From Candidatus Acidiferrales bacterium (GTDB lineage Bacteria > Acidobacteriota > Terriglobia > Acidiferrales > UBA7541), in assembly GCA_035272605.1 (NCBI GenBank), contig DATEQM010000016.1, positions 1 to 61,233 on the forward strand: 61,233 bases of DNA. The letters are read 5' to 3'. Below, piece after piece: positions 18,150 to 27,841 of this stretch; the first letter of the stretch is position 1; every line of letters begins with the position of its first letter. The notes under the pieces are model-generated. The model saw only the letters and a program-made list of their open reading frames with translations. It made no database searches and was not told the DNA's origin. The translations under genes were made by a program, and so were the position numbers.

Positions 18150-19319
18150 TTAGTGCGTGCCGGAGTCGCCGGCGCCTGCCGGGGCTCCGTCCGGACCGGG
18201 CGCCGCTCCCGAAGCGACGCGGACTTTTCCTCCCGGCACCACGGTGAGCTGCCCGGTGAGAATGACGGTTTCGCCCGCCGCGACTCCCTGCGTGATCACC
18301 ACGTCTTCTCCCTGGCGCTGTCCGAGAATGACGGGGCGCAAGTCCGCCGTGCTGTCGGGCTTGACCACGTACACGAATGGCCCCTTCTGGCTGATTTGCG
18401 TGGCCTGATTGGGAATCAGCACCGCGTTTGCTTGCGTGACCAAAACAAGTCTCACATTCACAAACTGGCCGGGCCAAAAATGATGATCGGGATTGGACAT
18501 GGTCGCGCGCAGAAAGACAGTGCCGGTGCCGTTCTGCACCACGTTGTCGAGAAACGTCAGCTTCCCGGTGCGCGCGCGATTCTCCGGGTCCGACGGCAGC
18601 CGCACCAGGGCCTTCAAACTGCCGCGCGACATTTCCTTTTGCACTTCCGGAAGATCGCGTTCCGTCACGGTGAAGTCCGCATAGATCGGATCCAGGCGCT
18701 GGATGAGCAACAAGCCGGTGGTGTTCGCCTGGACCACGTTGCCCACGTCGACCAGACGAGCGCCGGCCCGGCCTTCAATGGGAGAGTGGATGTAGCAGTA
18801 CTCGAGATTGAGCTCGGCGGTCTCCAGCGCGGCCTCAGCCGACTCGACCTGCGCCTGGACCACATCAACGGTATTCTTCTTCGTGTCGTAGTCTTGCTTG
18901 GAGATGGCCTTCGAGCCCACCAGCTCCTGGTCGCGCGCGAACTGAACCTTCGCGAGTTCGAGCGCCGCTTTCGCCTGCGCCAGGCTGGCCTTGGCGAAAT
19001 CCAACTGCGCCTGGTAGGGACGCGGGTCGATCACGAACAGAAGCTTCCCCGCGGTCAGATTCGCTCCATCCTGGAAATGCCTTTCCGTGATGCGCCCGGC
19101 GACCTGGGGCGTCACGGTCACGGACTCGAATGCGTAGCCTTTCCCGATCTCGTCCAGGTACACGGGCACGTCTTGCGCCTTGGCTTTCGCCACGGTCACC
19201 AGTGGAGGCGGCGGCATTTGTGGGCCGGCTGCTTGCGGGCTCGTCCGATTGCATCCACTGGCGGCCAGTTGGCAAAGCAGCAGCGGAATGAAATACAACA
19301 AGTTGTATTTCAACTTCAT
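18150..19319 (-). CDS. RND efflux periplasmic adaptor (MFP) lipoprotein
   Basis: MKLKYNLLYFIPLLLCQLAASGC lipobox; coiled-coil hairpin plus beta-barrel signature (LDYCYIHSPIEGRAG). Confidence 0.9.
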   Translation of the reverse strand: MKLKYNLLYFIPLLLCQLAASGCNRTSPQAAGPQMPPPPLVTVAKAKAQDVPVYLDEIGKGYAFESVTVTPQVAGRITERHFQDGANLTAGKLLFVIDPRPYQAQLDFAKASLAQAKAALELAKVQFARDQELVGSKAISKQDYDTKKNTVDVVQAQVESAEAALETAELNLEYCYIHSPIEGRAGARLVDVGNVVQANTTGLLLIQRLDPIYADFTVTERDLPEVQKEMSRGSLKALVRLPSDPENRARTGKLTFLDNVVQNGTGTVFLRATMSNPDHHFWPGQFVNVRLVLVTQANAVLIPNQATQISQKGPFVYVVKPDSTADLRPVILGQRQGEDVVITQGVAAGETVILTGQLTVVPGGKVRVASGAAPGPDGAPAGAGDSGTH

Positions 19320-19832
19320 TCGTAACCTCTCTCGGTTTTTCTTACGCGCCGGCCCAGGCAATCGTTTCCAGTCATTTTTTAACTCTCTTCTCTCAAGTCC
19401 GGGCTGGAGGCCGCCTTGCCTTGCACAGGACCACCCGCGAGGCAGAACGCACTAGATTAGATGTAGCCCGCGGCCTCCCGATAAGACTAACTTTCGGCGA
19501 GCTCTGGCGCTCTACCCCCGGGTCAGGTTGATTCGGTTGCCCTTCCGGAATCTGGGGAGTGTCCGGGGCGGCATTCGCGCTCTGGTCAAAAGATTGGGCC
19601 TGGATTTCGATCCTGGCTTTGCGGCCGCCTGATAACCTACACCCGCCCCCCACCAGTAGGCAATGCTCCAGCCACGTCCCCGAGGGCAAAGCCTTTCCGC
19701 GCGCGGCCGCTCGTGTCCGGCCGCGGCGCGAGACGCTGCTGGTGAAGGGACGCAGCGTGCGCCTGCGCCCCGCATCCAATGGAGAGCGGGAAGGACCGCC
19801 CGGCGTCGGAAAACGAGCGGCGGAGGGACGCC

Positions 19833-20627
19833 ATGAATCTTGAATTGCGGGGCAAGACGGCAGTGGTGACGGGTTCGACGGCCGGAATCGGCCTGGCCAT
19901 AGCTCTCGCCCTGGCCGAGGAAGGCGCCGCAGTCGCCGTCAACGGGCGAACCGCGGCGCGGGTGGCCGCCGCGGAAGCGGCGATTCGCCGGAAGGTGAAG
20001 GACGCGGAGTTGCGTGGAGTCGCCGCGGACCTGGGCACCGCCGCCGGCGCCGCCGAATTTGTGCGCCAAGTCCCGCAGACGGACATCCTTGTCAACAACC
20101 TTGGAATCTATGCTGCGAAGCCCTTCCTGGAAATCAGCGACTCCGAGTGGACGGAGATCTTTGAAGTGAACGTGATGAGCGGCGTGCGGCTTGCCCGGCA
20201 CTACCTGCCCGGGATGCTGCGGCGCAACTGGGGGCGCGTGATTTTCATCTCCAGCGAGTCCGCGCAGCACATCCCGCCGGAGATGGTCCACTACGGAATG
20301 ACGAAAACCGCGCAGCTCGCCATTGCCCGCGGACTGGCGGAAGGCGTGGCAGGCACCAGAATCACGGTGAATTCCGTCCTGGCTGGCCCGACCGCCTCGG
20401 AAGGCGTCACCGCCTTTGTCGCCGACATGGCAAAGCAGCGCGGCCTGAGCACGGCCGAAATCGAAAGCGATTTCTTCAAAACCGTGCGGCCCACCTCGCT
20501 CCTGAAACGCTTCGAGACGCCCGAAGAAATCGCCGCCGTGGTCGCCTTCGTGGCCAGCACGCGTTCCATCGCGATCAACGGCGCCGCAGTGCGCGCGGAA
20601 GGCGGCGTAGTCCGAAGCATCCTCTGA
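19833..20627 (+). CDS. SDR-family oxidoreductase
   Basis: TGSTAGIGLAIA (TGxxxGxG), NNLG, and the catalytic YGMTK (YxxxK). Confidence 0.88.
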   Translation: MNLELRGKTAVVTGSTAGIGLAIALALAEEGAAVAVNGRTAARVAAAEAAIRRKVKDAELRGVAADLGTAAGAAEFVRQVPQTDILVNNLGIYAAKPFLEISDSEWTEIFEVNVMSGVRLARHYLPGMLRRNWGRVIFISSESAQHIPPEMVHYGMTKTAQLAIARGLAEGVAGTRITVNSVLAGPTASEGVTAFVADMAKQRGLSTAEIESDFFKTVRPTSLLKRFETPEEIAAVVAFVASTRSIAINGAAVRAEGGVVRSIL

Positions 20628-20839
20628 TTCGCTCCGCCCGCGAATATGGCTGGGTAGCCGCGGTCCCGCTCCGGCGGGGCGTGGGATTTTTCCTTGCCCG
20701 CCCTCTTCGGCGCTCGAAAAACCCGCGGTCAGAAAAGCCCTCCAGCAAACGGCGGGCAAGCACTGACCGTGGCTACCGCTGCAAATCGTTGCGCTCACTG
20801 CTCAATCAGAGTAGAAAGGAATTAACGAGGTGCATCGCC

Positions 20840-21202
20840 ATGCCGAATATTGAGCCGTACTTGGAGAAGTACGAGCACGAGCATCACAACACGGCCAACC
20901 GGGTCCTCCACGCTATCGGCATCCCCTGCATCTTCGCGGGGCTCATCCTCTTCTTCCTCGCCTGGCGCTGGGGACTCGTATTCTTCGCTGGAGGCTGGGT
21001 GATGCTCTTCCTTGGCCACCGCATCGAGGGCAACAAACCTGCGTTTTTCCAGGGGCCGGTCTATTTCCTCGTCGGGCCCGTCTGGGTGGCAAGAGAAATC
21101 CTCGGCTGGTTCACCGGAAAGCGCACAGTGGCACAGACTTCAGTGTGTGCACCGACGCAACAGCAAGGCACCGTCTCCCATCACAACACGTCCGGACGCT
21201 AA
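20840..21202 (+). CDS. DUF962/Mpo1-like membrane protein
   Basis: YEHEHHNTANRVLHAIGIP...GHRIEGNKPAFF, as recalled for DUF962 proteins. ATG at 20840. Confidence 0.65.
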   Translation: MPNIEPYLEKYEHEHHNTANRVLHAIGIPCIFAGLILFFLAWRWGLVFFAGGWVMLFLGHRIEGNKPAFFQGPVYFLVGPVWVAREILGWFTGKRTVAQTSVCAPTQQQGTVSHHNTSGR

Positions 21203-21229
21203 AACAACTCCAATCGCTCCTGAATCTCC

Positions 21230-22429
21230 CTACAGTTCCCGCAAAGCCGCCGCCACCGACGTCCGCGCCGCCCGAATCGCCGGGAAGAGCCCGCCCACCA
21301 ATCCAATCACCACCGAATAGCAGAATCCCTGCACGAGCAGCGCGGGCGTCACGCGGAACGCAAACGCCACCTGGCTGAAGCTCTGCCAGTTGATAGTCGA
21401 AGTGTGGTATCCATTGAACACCACATAGGCAATCGAGCCCCCGATCACTCCCCCGGCCACGGCCAGCAATATGGATTCCGCGAGCACGGAGATCACCACC
21501 GGCCCGCCGCCGAATCCCAGCGCGCGCAACGTGGCAATCTCACGCGTGCGCGTGGCCACCGCGGAATACATCGTGTTGATCGCCCCGAACACGGCGCCCA
21601 CCCCCATCATCGCCGCGATCAAAAAGCCCAGCCGCGTCACCAGATTGGTGAGAAAGATAGATTGCTCCGCAAAATAATCGGTTTCGCGCACCACCCGCAC
21701 GCTCAATCTCGGGTCGCTCGTCAGGGCGGCCTTGAATTCGTCGAACTTCTCCGGTGCAGAGAGGCGCGCGTACACGTCCGAAACGATTGTGCCGCGGTTG
21801 TAAGCGCCCTGCAGCACGTCCAGGTCGGCCCAAATTTCCGATTCGGCGACGGAACCGCCGTCGGTAAAAATCCCCACAACCGTCCAATCCGTTTTCCCCC
21901 AGCGTTTTACATCCCCCAGCCGGAGCCCCGCGAATTCCCGTACCGCGCCGGCGCCCACGATAATCTCATTGCGGCCGGTCTCGAATCTGCGCCCCGAGAG
22001 CATGTGCAGTTTCGGGCGTACCTCGAACGCCACGGGCGTGACACCGCGCAGGGGCACATTCGCGTCGGTCCCCGTCGAGATCTTGGGCACGTCCACGAGC
22101 ACGAGCATTTCTGGCGAGGCCTCCGGGCCGTTCGCGCCGCGGCCTATCCCCGGCGCGTCCTGGATCACGCGCGAGTCCTCCAGCGAGACCAGGCTCATCA
22201 TTTCCGTGTCCGCGCCGGTGCGCATCACCAGCGCCGTCGAAGGCGAGCCCGTCTGCGCCAGCGTGGCGCGGAACCCCTCGCCGATGGAGAGCACGGCCAC
22301 AAACACGGTAACGACGCCCGCCACGCCTACCACCGTCGCCGCCGAAGACCCGAACCGCTGCGGCAGCATCCGCAAATTCAGCAGGCCCACCGCGTACACC
22401 TGCGCAAACCAGTTAAATATTCTCTGCAT
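21230..22429 (-). CDS. ABC transporter permease (FtsX/MacB-type)
   Basis: N-terminal TM, large periplasmic domain, C-terminal FtsX 3-TM bundle (REIATLRALGF...). Confidence 0.85.
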   Translation of the reverse strand: MQRIFNWFAQVYAVGLLNLRMLPQRFGSSAATVVGVAGVVTVFVAVLSIGEGFRATLAQTGSPSTALVMRTGADTEMMSLVSLEDSRVIQDAPGIGRGANGPEASPEMLVLVDVPKISTGTDANVPLRGVTPVAFEVRPKLHMLSGRRFETGRNEIIVGAGAVREFAGLRLGDVKRWGKTDWTVVGIFTDGGSVAESEIWADLDVLQGAYNRGTIVSDVYARLSAPEKFDEFKAALTSDPRLSVRVVRETDYFAEQSIFLTNLVTRLGFLIAAMMGVGAVFGAINTMYSAVATRTREIATLRALGFGGGPVVISVLAESILLAVAGGVIGGSIAYVVFNGYHTSTINWQSFSQVAFAFRVTPALLVQGFCYSVVIGLVGGLFPAIRAARTSVAAALREL

Positions 22430-22462
22430 GGTCCTTTTTTCTGTCCAGCGTCCCGGGAAGTC

Positions 22463-23610
22463 TCATCCCCGCCGCAGGGCCTCCACCACGCGCAGGTGCA
22501 TGGCCTCGAGTGCGGGAATCGTGCCCGTAGCCAGACCCAACAGGAGAATGAAGGCCGCTCCCAGTACCGCGCTTTCCGGCGGCATGAGAAAGATGGGCAG
22601 AGCTCCTCCGGTAGGATCTCCGCGCCTGATCAACAGCCACGCCAATCCCAGACCCAGGACGCCGCCAACCACGGCCAGCACCACGGACTCGCTCAGCACC
22701 AGCATCAGGATCAGCCCGTTCGGAAAGCCGACGGTCTTCAGCACGGCCAGTTCGGTGATCCGCTCGCGCACCGACTGCATCATCGTGTTCCCGGCCACCA
22801 GCAGGATGATGAAAAACACCACACTCAAGATCGCCGTGATGATCGCCCCGATGTTGCCCACCTGCTTGGCGAATCCCACCATGAAGGCCTTCTCGGTGGA
22901 CGTTTTCGTCTCGTTGTCCGAGTTGGCGAACAAAGCGTCCAGGCGCTTCACGATTTGGGGGGCTTGGTCCGGAGGCGAAATCCGGATGATGTACCAGCCC
23001 ACCATGCCGTTGCGCCGCACCCGGCTTTCGTCCAGGTATTTCCAGTGAAAGACAAACTGCGTCACGTCCGTCGCGGGCGTGGCCCCGTCGTAGATGCCGT
23101 CCAGCGTGAATTCCCAGGAATTCGAGCCGTTCTTTTTCTGCCACGGCGCCGTGAGCGGGATGCGGTCCCCGATCTTCCAATGGAAGCGGTCGGCTAGATA
23201 TCGGCCGCAGATCGCTCCGGTGCGGTCGGCCAGCCAGGCTTTCTTCTGGTCTTCGGGAAGCAGGAACTCCGGATAGAGGCGGAGGTAGCGTTCCGGGTCC
23301 ACCGCCATCTGCGCGAAGAAATTCTTGGGGTCCTGATAGACACCGCCGAACCAGGTGGCATTGGCCACATCTACCACCCCGGGCACCGCGGCGATGCGGT
23401 CCTGATAGCTGAGCGGCAGGGGCAGGATGATGGACGTTTTGTGCGTCATCACCAGACGGTCCACTCCCGCGATCTGGATGCCGATATCAAAAGCATTCCG
23501 CACTGCCCCCAGGTAGCCGAACAGAAGAAACGCCACCAGGATGGAAAGCAGTGTGAACAGCGTGCGCACCCGTTTCCGGCGCAGGTTGCTCCACACCAGG
23601 GGCAGGAATT

Positions 23611-23614
<4 letters not shown>
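22463..23614 (-). CDS. ABC transporter permease (FtsX/MacB-type), second paralog
   Basis: A GTG start at 23614 overlaps the ATPase stop (GTGA). VKFLPLVWSNLRRKRVRTLFTLLSI, C-terminal RERITELAVLKTVGF FtsX motif. The longer ORF 22463..23797 overlaps the ATPase gene. Confidence 0.85.
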
Positions 23615-24351
<737 letters not shown>

Positions 24352-24507
24352 GAATCCCTTTCCCCTTTCCTAAACCCGTGGGACAGATATTCTTGTCTGT
24401 CCTCCTCGCTTCCTTGCTTCTTTATTTCCTTGCTTCCCTCTTTCGCGCTCGCATCTAGCATGGATCGCCGCGCGCGCTCCCCGCGAGGAAAGGCAGGAAT
24501 GCCTGTC

Positions 24508-25722
24508 CTACCGAACCGAAACCCGGCTACCGTCGGCCAGATTGGGCGGTCCGTCAATCAGCACACGTTCACCGGCGCTCACGCCCGTCAGCACCAGCTC
24601 CTCGCCTTCCGTCCCCGTCACTTTCACCGCCCGCCGCTCCACGTGGTCCTGCTGGAACACGTACACGTAGTCCGCATCGCCCTCGTGGCGCACCGCCGCC
24701 TTGGGTACCAGCAGCCGCGGACGGGCCTCGACGGCATGCTTCGCGTTGGTATCGAGAAACGCCACCTTCACGCCCATGTCCGGCAGGATCCGCGGATCCA
24801 GGTGGTCGAACCCGATGCGCACCTGCACGGTGGCCTTCTGCCGGTCGGCGGTCGGCACGGCTAGAATCACGTGCGCGGGAATGTGCCAGTCCGGATAAGC
24901 GTCCAGTGTGGCCTCCACGCGCTGCCCCGGCGTCACCCGCGCGATGTAGCTTTCGCTCACGTCCACCTGGATCTCCAGCGATTTCATGTCCACCACAGTG
25001 CAGATTCCCGTGCGCGTAAAGCCCCCGCCCGCGGAGATCGGAGAAATCATCTCCCCCGGCTGCGCGTCCTTCGTGGTGACCATCCCGGAAAATGGGGCGC
25101 GGATGATGGTGTCTTCCACATTCTGTTGTTTCACCGCAACGTTTTGCTGCGCCACCACGATGTCTTCCCGCTGCTGCGCCAAATGCGCAACGAGCGCATC
25201 GGCGTCGGCCCGCGCGGAATCCAGCGTGGACTGGCTCTCCACGCCCTCCGCGGTGAGCGTCTTCATCCGCTGGAGCGTGACGTTTGCCAGCTTCAGATGC
25301 GCTTCCGTCTCCGCCAGCGCGCGCCGCGACGATTCCAATTGAGCCTGCGCCAGATCCAGGTCGTGCCGGGCATTCGAATCATCCAATCGGCCGACGATCT
25401 GCCCTTCCTTCACCGACTTCCCTTCCTCGATCAGCACCTCGGTCACCTTTCCGGTAATCTTCGAGGAGACCGTGGCGCGCAGCCTGGGCGTGACGTACCC
25501 CGAGGCGTTCAGCACCGTCGCCGCTCCCCCCGGTCCTGCCTCCCGCACCAAGGCCACGTGCACCTCCGGAGCCCGTGCGGCCTTGAGCCAGAAAAAGCCT
25601 GCGGTGCCCAGCAGCAGGACGGCCGGCAGGGCGAGCGCCAGGGCGAGCCGCCAGGGCGAGCCGCGAGGAGGGTCTTTGCGCTCGATGCGCAGCTCTTCCA
25701 GCGAGTGTCTATCGGCAGACAT
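24508..25722 (-). CDS. HlyD/MacA-family periplasmic adaptor
   Basis: N-terminal TM, lipoyl-like and coiled-coil regions (IIRAPFSGMVT), lying upstream of the ABC genes. Confidence 0.88.
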   Translation of the reverse strand: MSADRHSLEELRIERKDPPRGSPWRLALALALPAVLLLGTAGFFWLKAARAPEVHVALVREAGPGGAATVLNASGYVTPRLRATVSSKITGKVTEVLIEEGKSVKEGQIVGRLDDSNARHDLDLAQAQLESSRRALAETEAHLKLANVTLQRMKTLTAEGVESQSTLDSARADADALVAHLAQQREDIVVAQQNVAVKQQNVEDTIIRAPFSGMVTTKDAQPGEMISPISAGGGFTRTGICTVVDMKSLEIQVDVSESYIARVTPGQRVEATLDAYPDWHIPAHVILAVPTADRQKATVQVRIGFDHLDPRILPDMGVKVAFLDTNAKHAVEARPRLLVPKAAVRHEGDADYVYVFQQDHVERRAVKVTGTEGEELVLTGVSAGERVLIDGPPNLADGSRVSVR

Positions 25723-25848
25723 GGAAGTTGAGCGCGAACACCCATTGTATCTTACAACCGTTTCGGGCTCCCAAAGTTACTCTACGCGCCCAATGGCTTT
25801 AGTATTTCGCGTCCCGAGGCCCGCAGGGGATTCCGCAAGTCCGGGGGA

Positions 25849-26277
25849 CTATTCGCAGAAGATTCGCACCTTCTTGCCGTTGCCCTTGTCGATGTCAATG
25901 CCCGTCTTTTCAAGAGCATCAGCGAGTTCATTCATGGAGGCAAAGCGCCCCAAATCGATTCCCTGCTCCGCCAGACGCTCCGTCACCCGCGGAGGCATGA
26001 GCGCCAATATGCGGCTGCTGCGCACCAGCGAAAGGGGCAGGCGCATGTTGATCTGGTCGTGGCCGGGCTTGTCTACCTGGATGCGTAGAAATCGAGGCTT
26101 TCGTGCATCGCCGCCTGGGCCAGCCTCATTCCGGCCGCTCGACGCAGCCTCGCTTGATGTGGAACTCGCTCGGTTCGCCGCTGCGCCGGAGAGCCTGTCG
26201 AGCAACTTTTCCGCGTCTTCCGCACTGATCTTGCCCTCCTTGAGCAACTCGAGTACTCGCTTGGTTTCGGCAGACAT
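25849..26277 (-). CDS. SHOCT-like / YvlB-LiaX N-terminal-domain protein
   Basis: MSAETKRVLELLKEGKISAEDAEKLLDRL is the typical SHOCT-like opening helix pair. The start lies 3 bp after the DUF2089 gene stop. Confidence 0.6.
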   Translation of the reverse strand: MSAETKRVLELLKEGKISAEDAEKLLDRLSGAAANRASSTSSEAASSGRNEAGPGGDARKPRFLRIQVDKPGHDQINMRLPLSLVRSSRILALMPPRVTERLAEQGIDLGRFASMNELADALEKTGIDIDKGNGKKVRIFCE

Positions 26278-26279
26278 GG

Positions 26280-26702
26280 CTATTTATCTCCTTCTTTTGC
26301 CCCGGTGAGCCTTTCAAGCGCTTCTTCCACGCTCAGCTCCCCGCGCGACAATTGTTCCAACACGTACAGATTGGGCGAAGGCCCCTCGAAATTCCTGTCT
26401 AATGCGGCCGAGATGGCGTTCAGGCGATTTTTCACCGTGGGATAGCTGATTCCGAACAGGCTCTCCATCTTCTTCAACGAGCCGTGATGTCGAACAAAGG
26501 CAATTACGAAGGCCTGATCCTCCTCGCTCAATTTTCCCAGCGCGGAGACCTCGAATTCCCCTTCAATAGCCAGCTTGCACGAAGGGCAGGTCATGCGACC
26601 CACTTTCAAGGGTTGGTGGCAATCGGGGCAGAGCGCTTTGGATATATCCACGCGAGTATCACCGAACACAAGCACATTAACGCAAATACTAACGAATATC
26701 AA
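26280..26702 (-). CDS. DUF2089-type zinc-ribbon/HTH protein (start uncertain)
   Basis: CPDCHQPL...CPSCKL zinc ribbon, then SEEDQAFVIAFVRHHGSLKKMESLFGISYPTVKNRL, as recalled for DUF2089. The true start is possibly an internal GTG near 26660. Confidence 0.65.
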   Translation of the reverse strand: MIFVSICVNVLVFGDTRVDISKALCPDCHQPLKVGRMTCPSCKLAIEGEFEVSALGKLSEEDQAFVIAFVRHHGSLKKMESLFGISYPTVKNRLNAISAALDRNFEGPSPNLYVLEQLSRGELSVEEALERLTGAKEGDK

Positions 26703-26744
26703 TACCGAAATTGATTTATTTAATTCAGGCAGGCAGATACTTAA

Positions 26745-27332
26745 CTATCTTAATTTTCCTATACTTACACGCTCCTGCGCGATCTGGAGCAGTTGGATCG
26801 GCAAAGGGAGGTCAGAGGGAGTCCTGCCCCGATGCACCCACTGAATGCGTCCATCCTGGGCTATCAGTGCGGCGCCCGGAAGTTGCAAGACGTCGCTATG
26901 CTTACGAAAAGTTCCTTTCAGACTGATTAGAAAGCCCGCGGCCTTAGCCGCGGCTCGCCGGCGCCGGCCTTCGGGCGTCGGGAACAGGATGCTCCACCAG
27001 TCGGTGCGCTCGAGACCCATCGCGCGGTAACTCTCCCGCCGGGGGTCTGCGATGCAGACCGACGCGACGCCGTGGCGCCCACAGAAGCGCGCCATCTCCT
27101 CCGCAGTTCCTTGGACAACGCAGCCCACTCGGATGCCGCGCTCGTCGAATCGAGGCAGCGTCTCGCGCAACTGCGCGAGTGTCTCCGAATAGAACGGTCA
27201 GCCAAAATGCCGCAGCCACAGGATGAGCGCGGGCCCGCTGGCCCACGATTCAGACAGAAGATGCGACTCGCCGGAAGCAGTCTGGTATTTGAATTCCGGG
27301 GCGGCATCCCCGAAGGCCGGTGCGCTCCTCAT
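26745..27332 (-). CDS. Peroxiredoxin-like (AhpC/TSA, Prx-like2) thiol oxidoreductase with in-frame TGA at codon 45; probable selenoprotein
   Basis: My own minus-strand translation from ATG 27332: MRSAPAFGDAAPEFKYQTASGESHLLSESWASGPALILWLRHFG-TGA-PFYSETLAQLRETLPRFDERG..., running in frame into ORF 26745..27170. The TGA (27200-27198) falls where Prx-like2 proteins carry the redox Cys (R-x-F-G-C-x-x-C). Confidence 0.6.
27162..27179 (-). promoter_or_regulatory. Candidate bacterial SECIS hairpin
   Basis: On the mRNA: CUCGCGC-AGUU-GCGCGAG, a 7-bp stem starting 18 nt after the UGA. The apical loop contains GU and starts ~25 nt after the UGA, within the spacing I recall for bacterial SECIS elements. 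Confidence 0.45.
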
Positions 27333-27498
27333 ACGCGAACCTCCCTGCACCCCATTCGCTTCAATCCTAACGCGGAATGCACGGCCCGCGAGAGCCTGAC
27401 TGGCGTCCGGCCGCGGGGTTTCCCTGAGCCAATCTTTCCCCTTGCGCTTCTACAAGAGAAGAGCTACCTTTTCTCCTGTAGGAGCGACAGGGGAACCA

Positions 27499-27831
27499 GT
27501 GGCGCAACAACACATCGATCTGCCCCAGGGCACGCTTGATCTTCTCATCCTGAAGACCCTGACTCTGGAGCCGCAGCACGGCTGGGCCATCTCCGAGCGC
27601 GTCCAGCAGATTTCTCAGGACGTGCTTCGGCTCCAGCAGGGATCGCTATACCCCGCTCTCCACCGGCTGGAGCGCCGCGGGTGGATCAAAGCCCGCTGGG
27701 GCACCTCCGAGAACAACCGCCGGGCCAAATACTACGAACTGACGGCCAGCGGCCGCAAACAGCTCGAAGCGGAAGAAAGCGCGTGGCGGAAGCTCGCCGC
27801 GGCCGTCGCGCAGGTGCTGGAGACGGCCTAG
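27499..27831 (+). CDS. PadR-family transcriptional regulator
   Basis: LDLLILKTLTLEPQHGWAISERV...GSLYPALHRLERRGWI winged helix. Probable GTG start at 27499 after ggagcgacagggga; ORF 27442 is the outer limit. Confidence 0.85.
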   Translation: MAQQHIDLPQGTLDLLILKTLTLEPQHGWAISERVQQISQDVLRLQQGSLYPALHRLERRGWIKARWGTSENNRRAKYYELTASGRKQLEAEESAWRKLAAAVAQVLETA

Positions 27832-27841
27832 GAGCGCGGCG

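Noticed and set aside
19362-19832. The 470-bp intergenic region between the RND operon and the SDR gene, as a possible hidden regulator gene or riboswitch
   Set aside because: The only ORFs there (19393..19779 minus strand, 19559..19843 plus strand) are low-complexity with no RBS or motif. I could not identify any conserved RNA motif by eye, so it is left unannotated.
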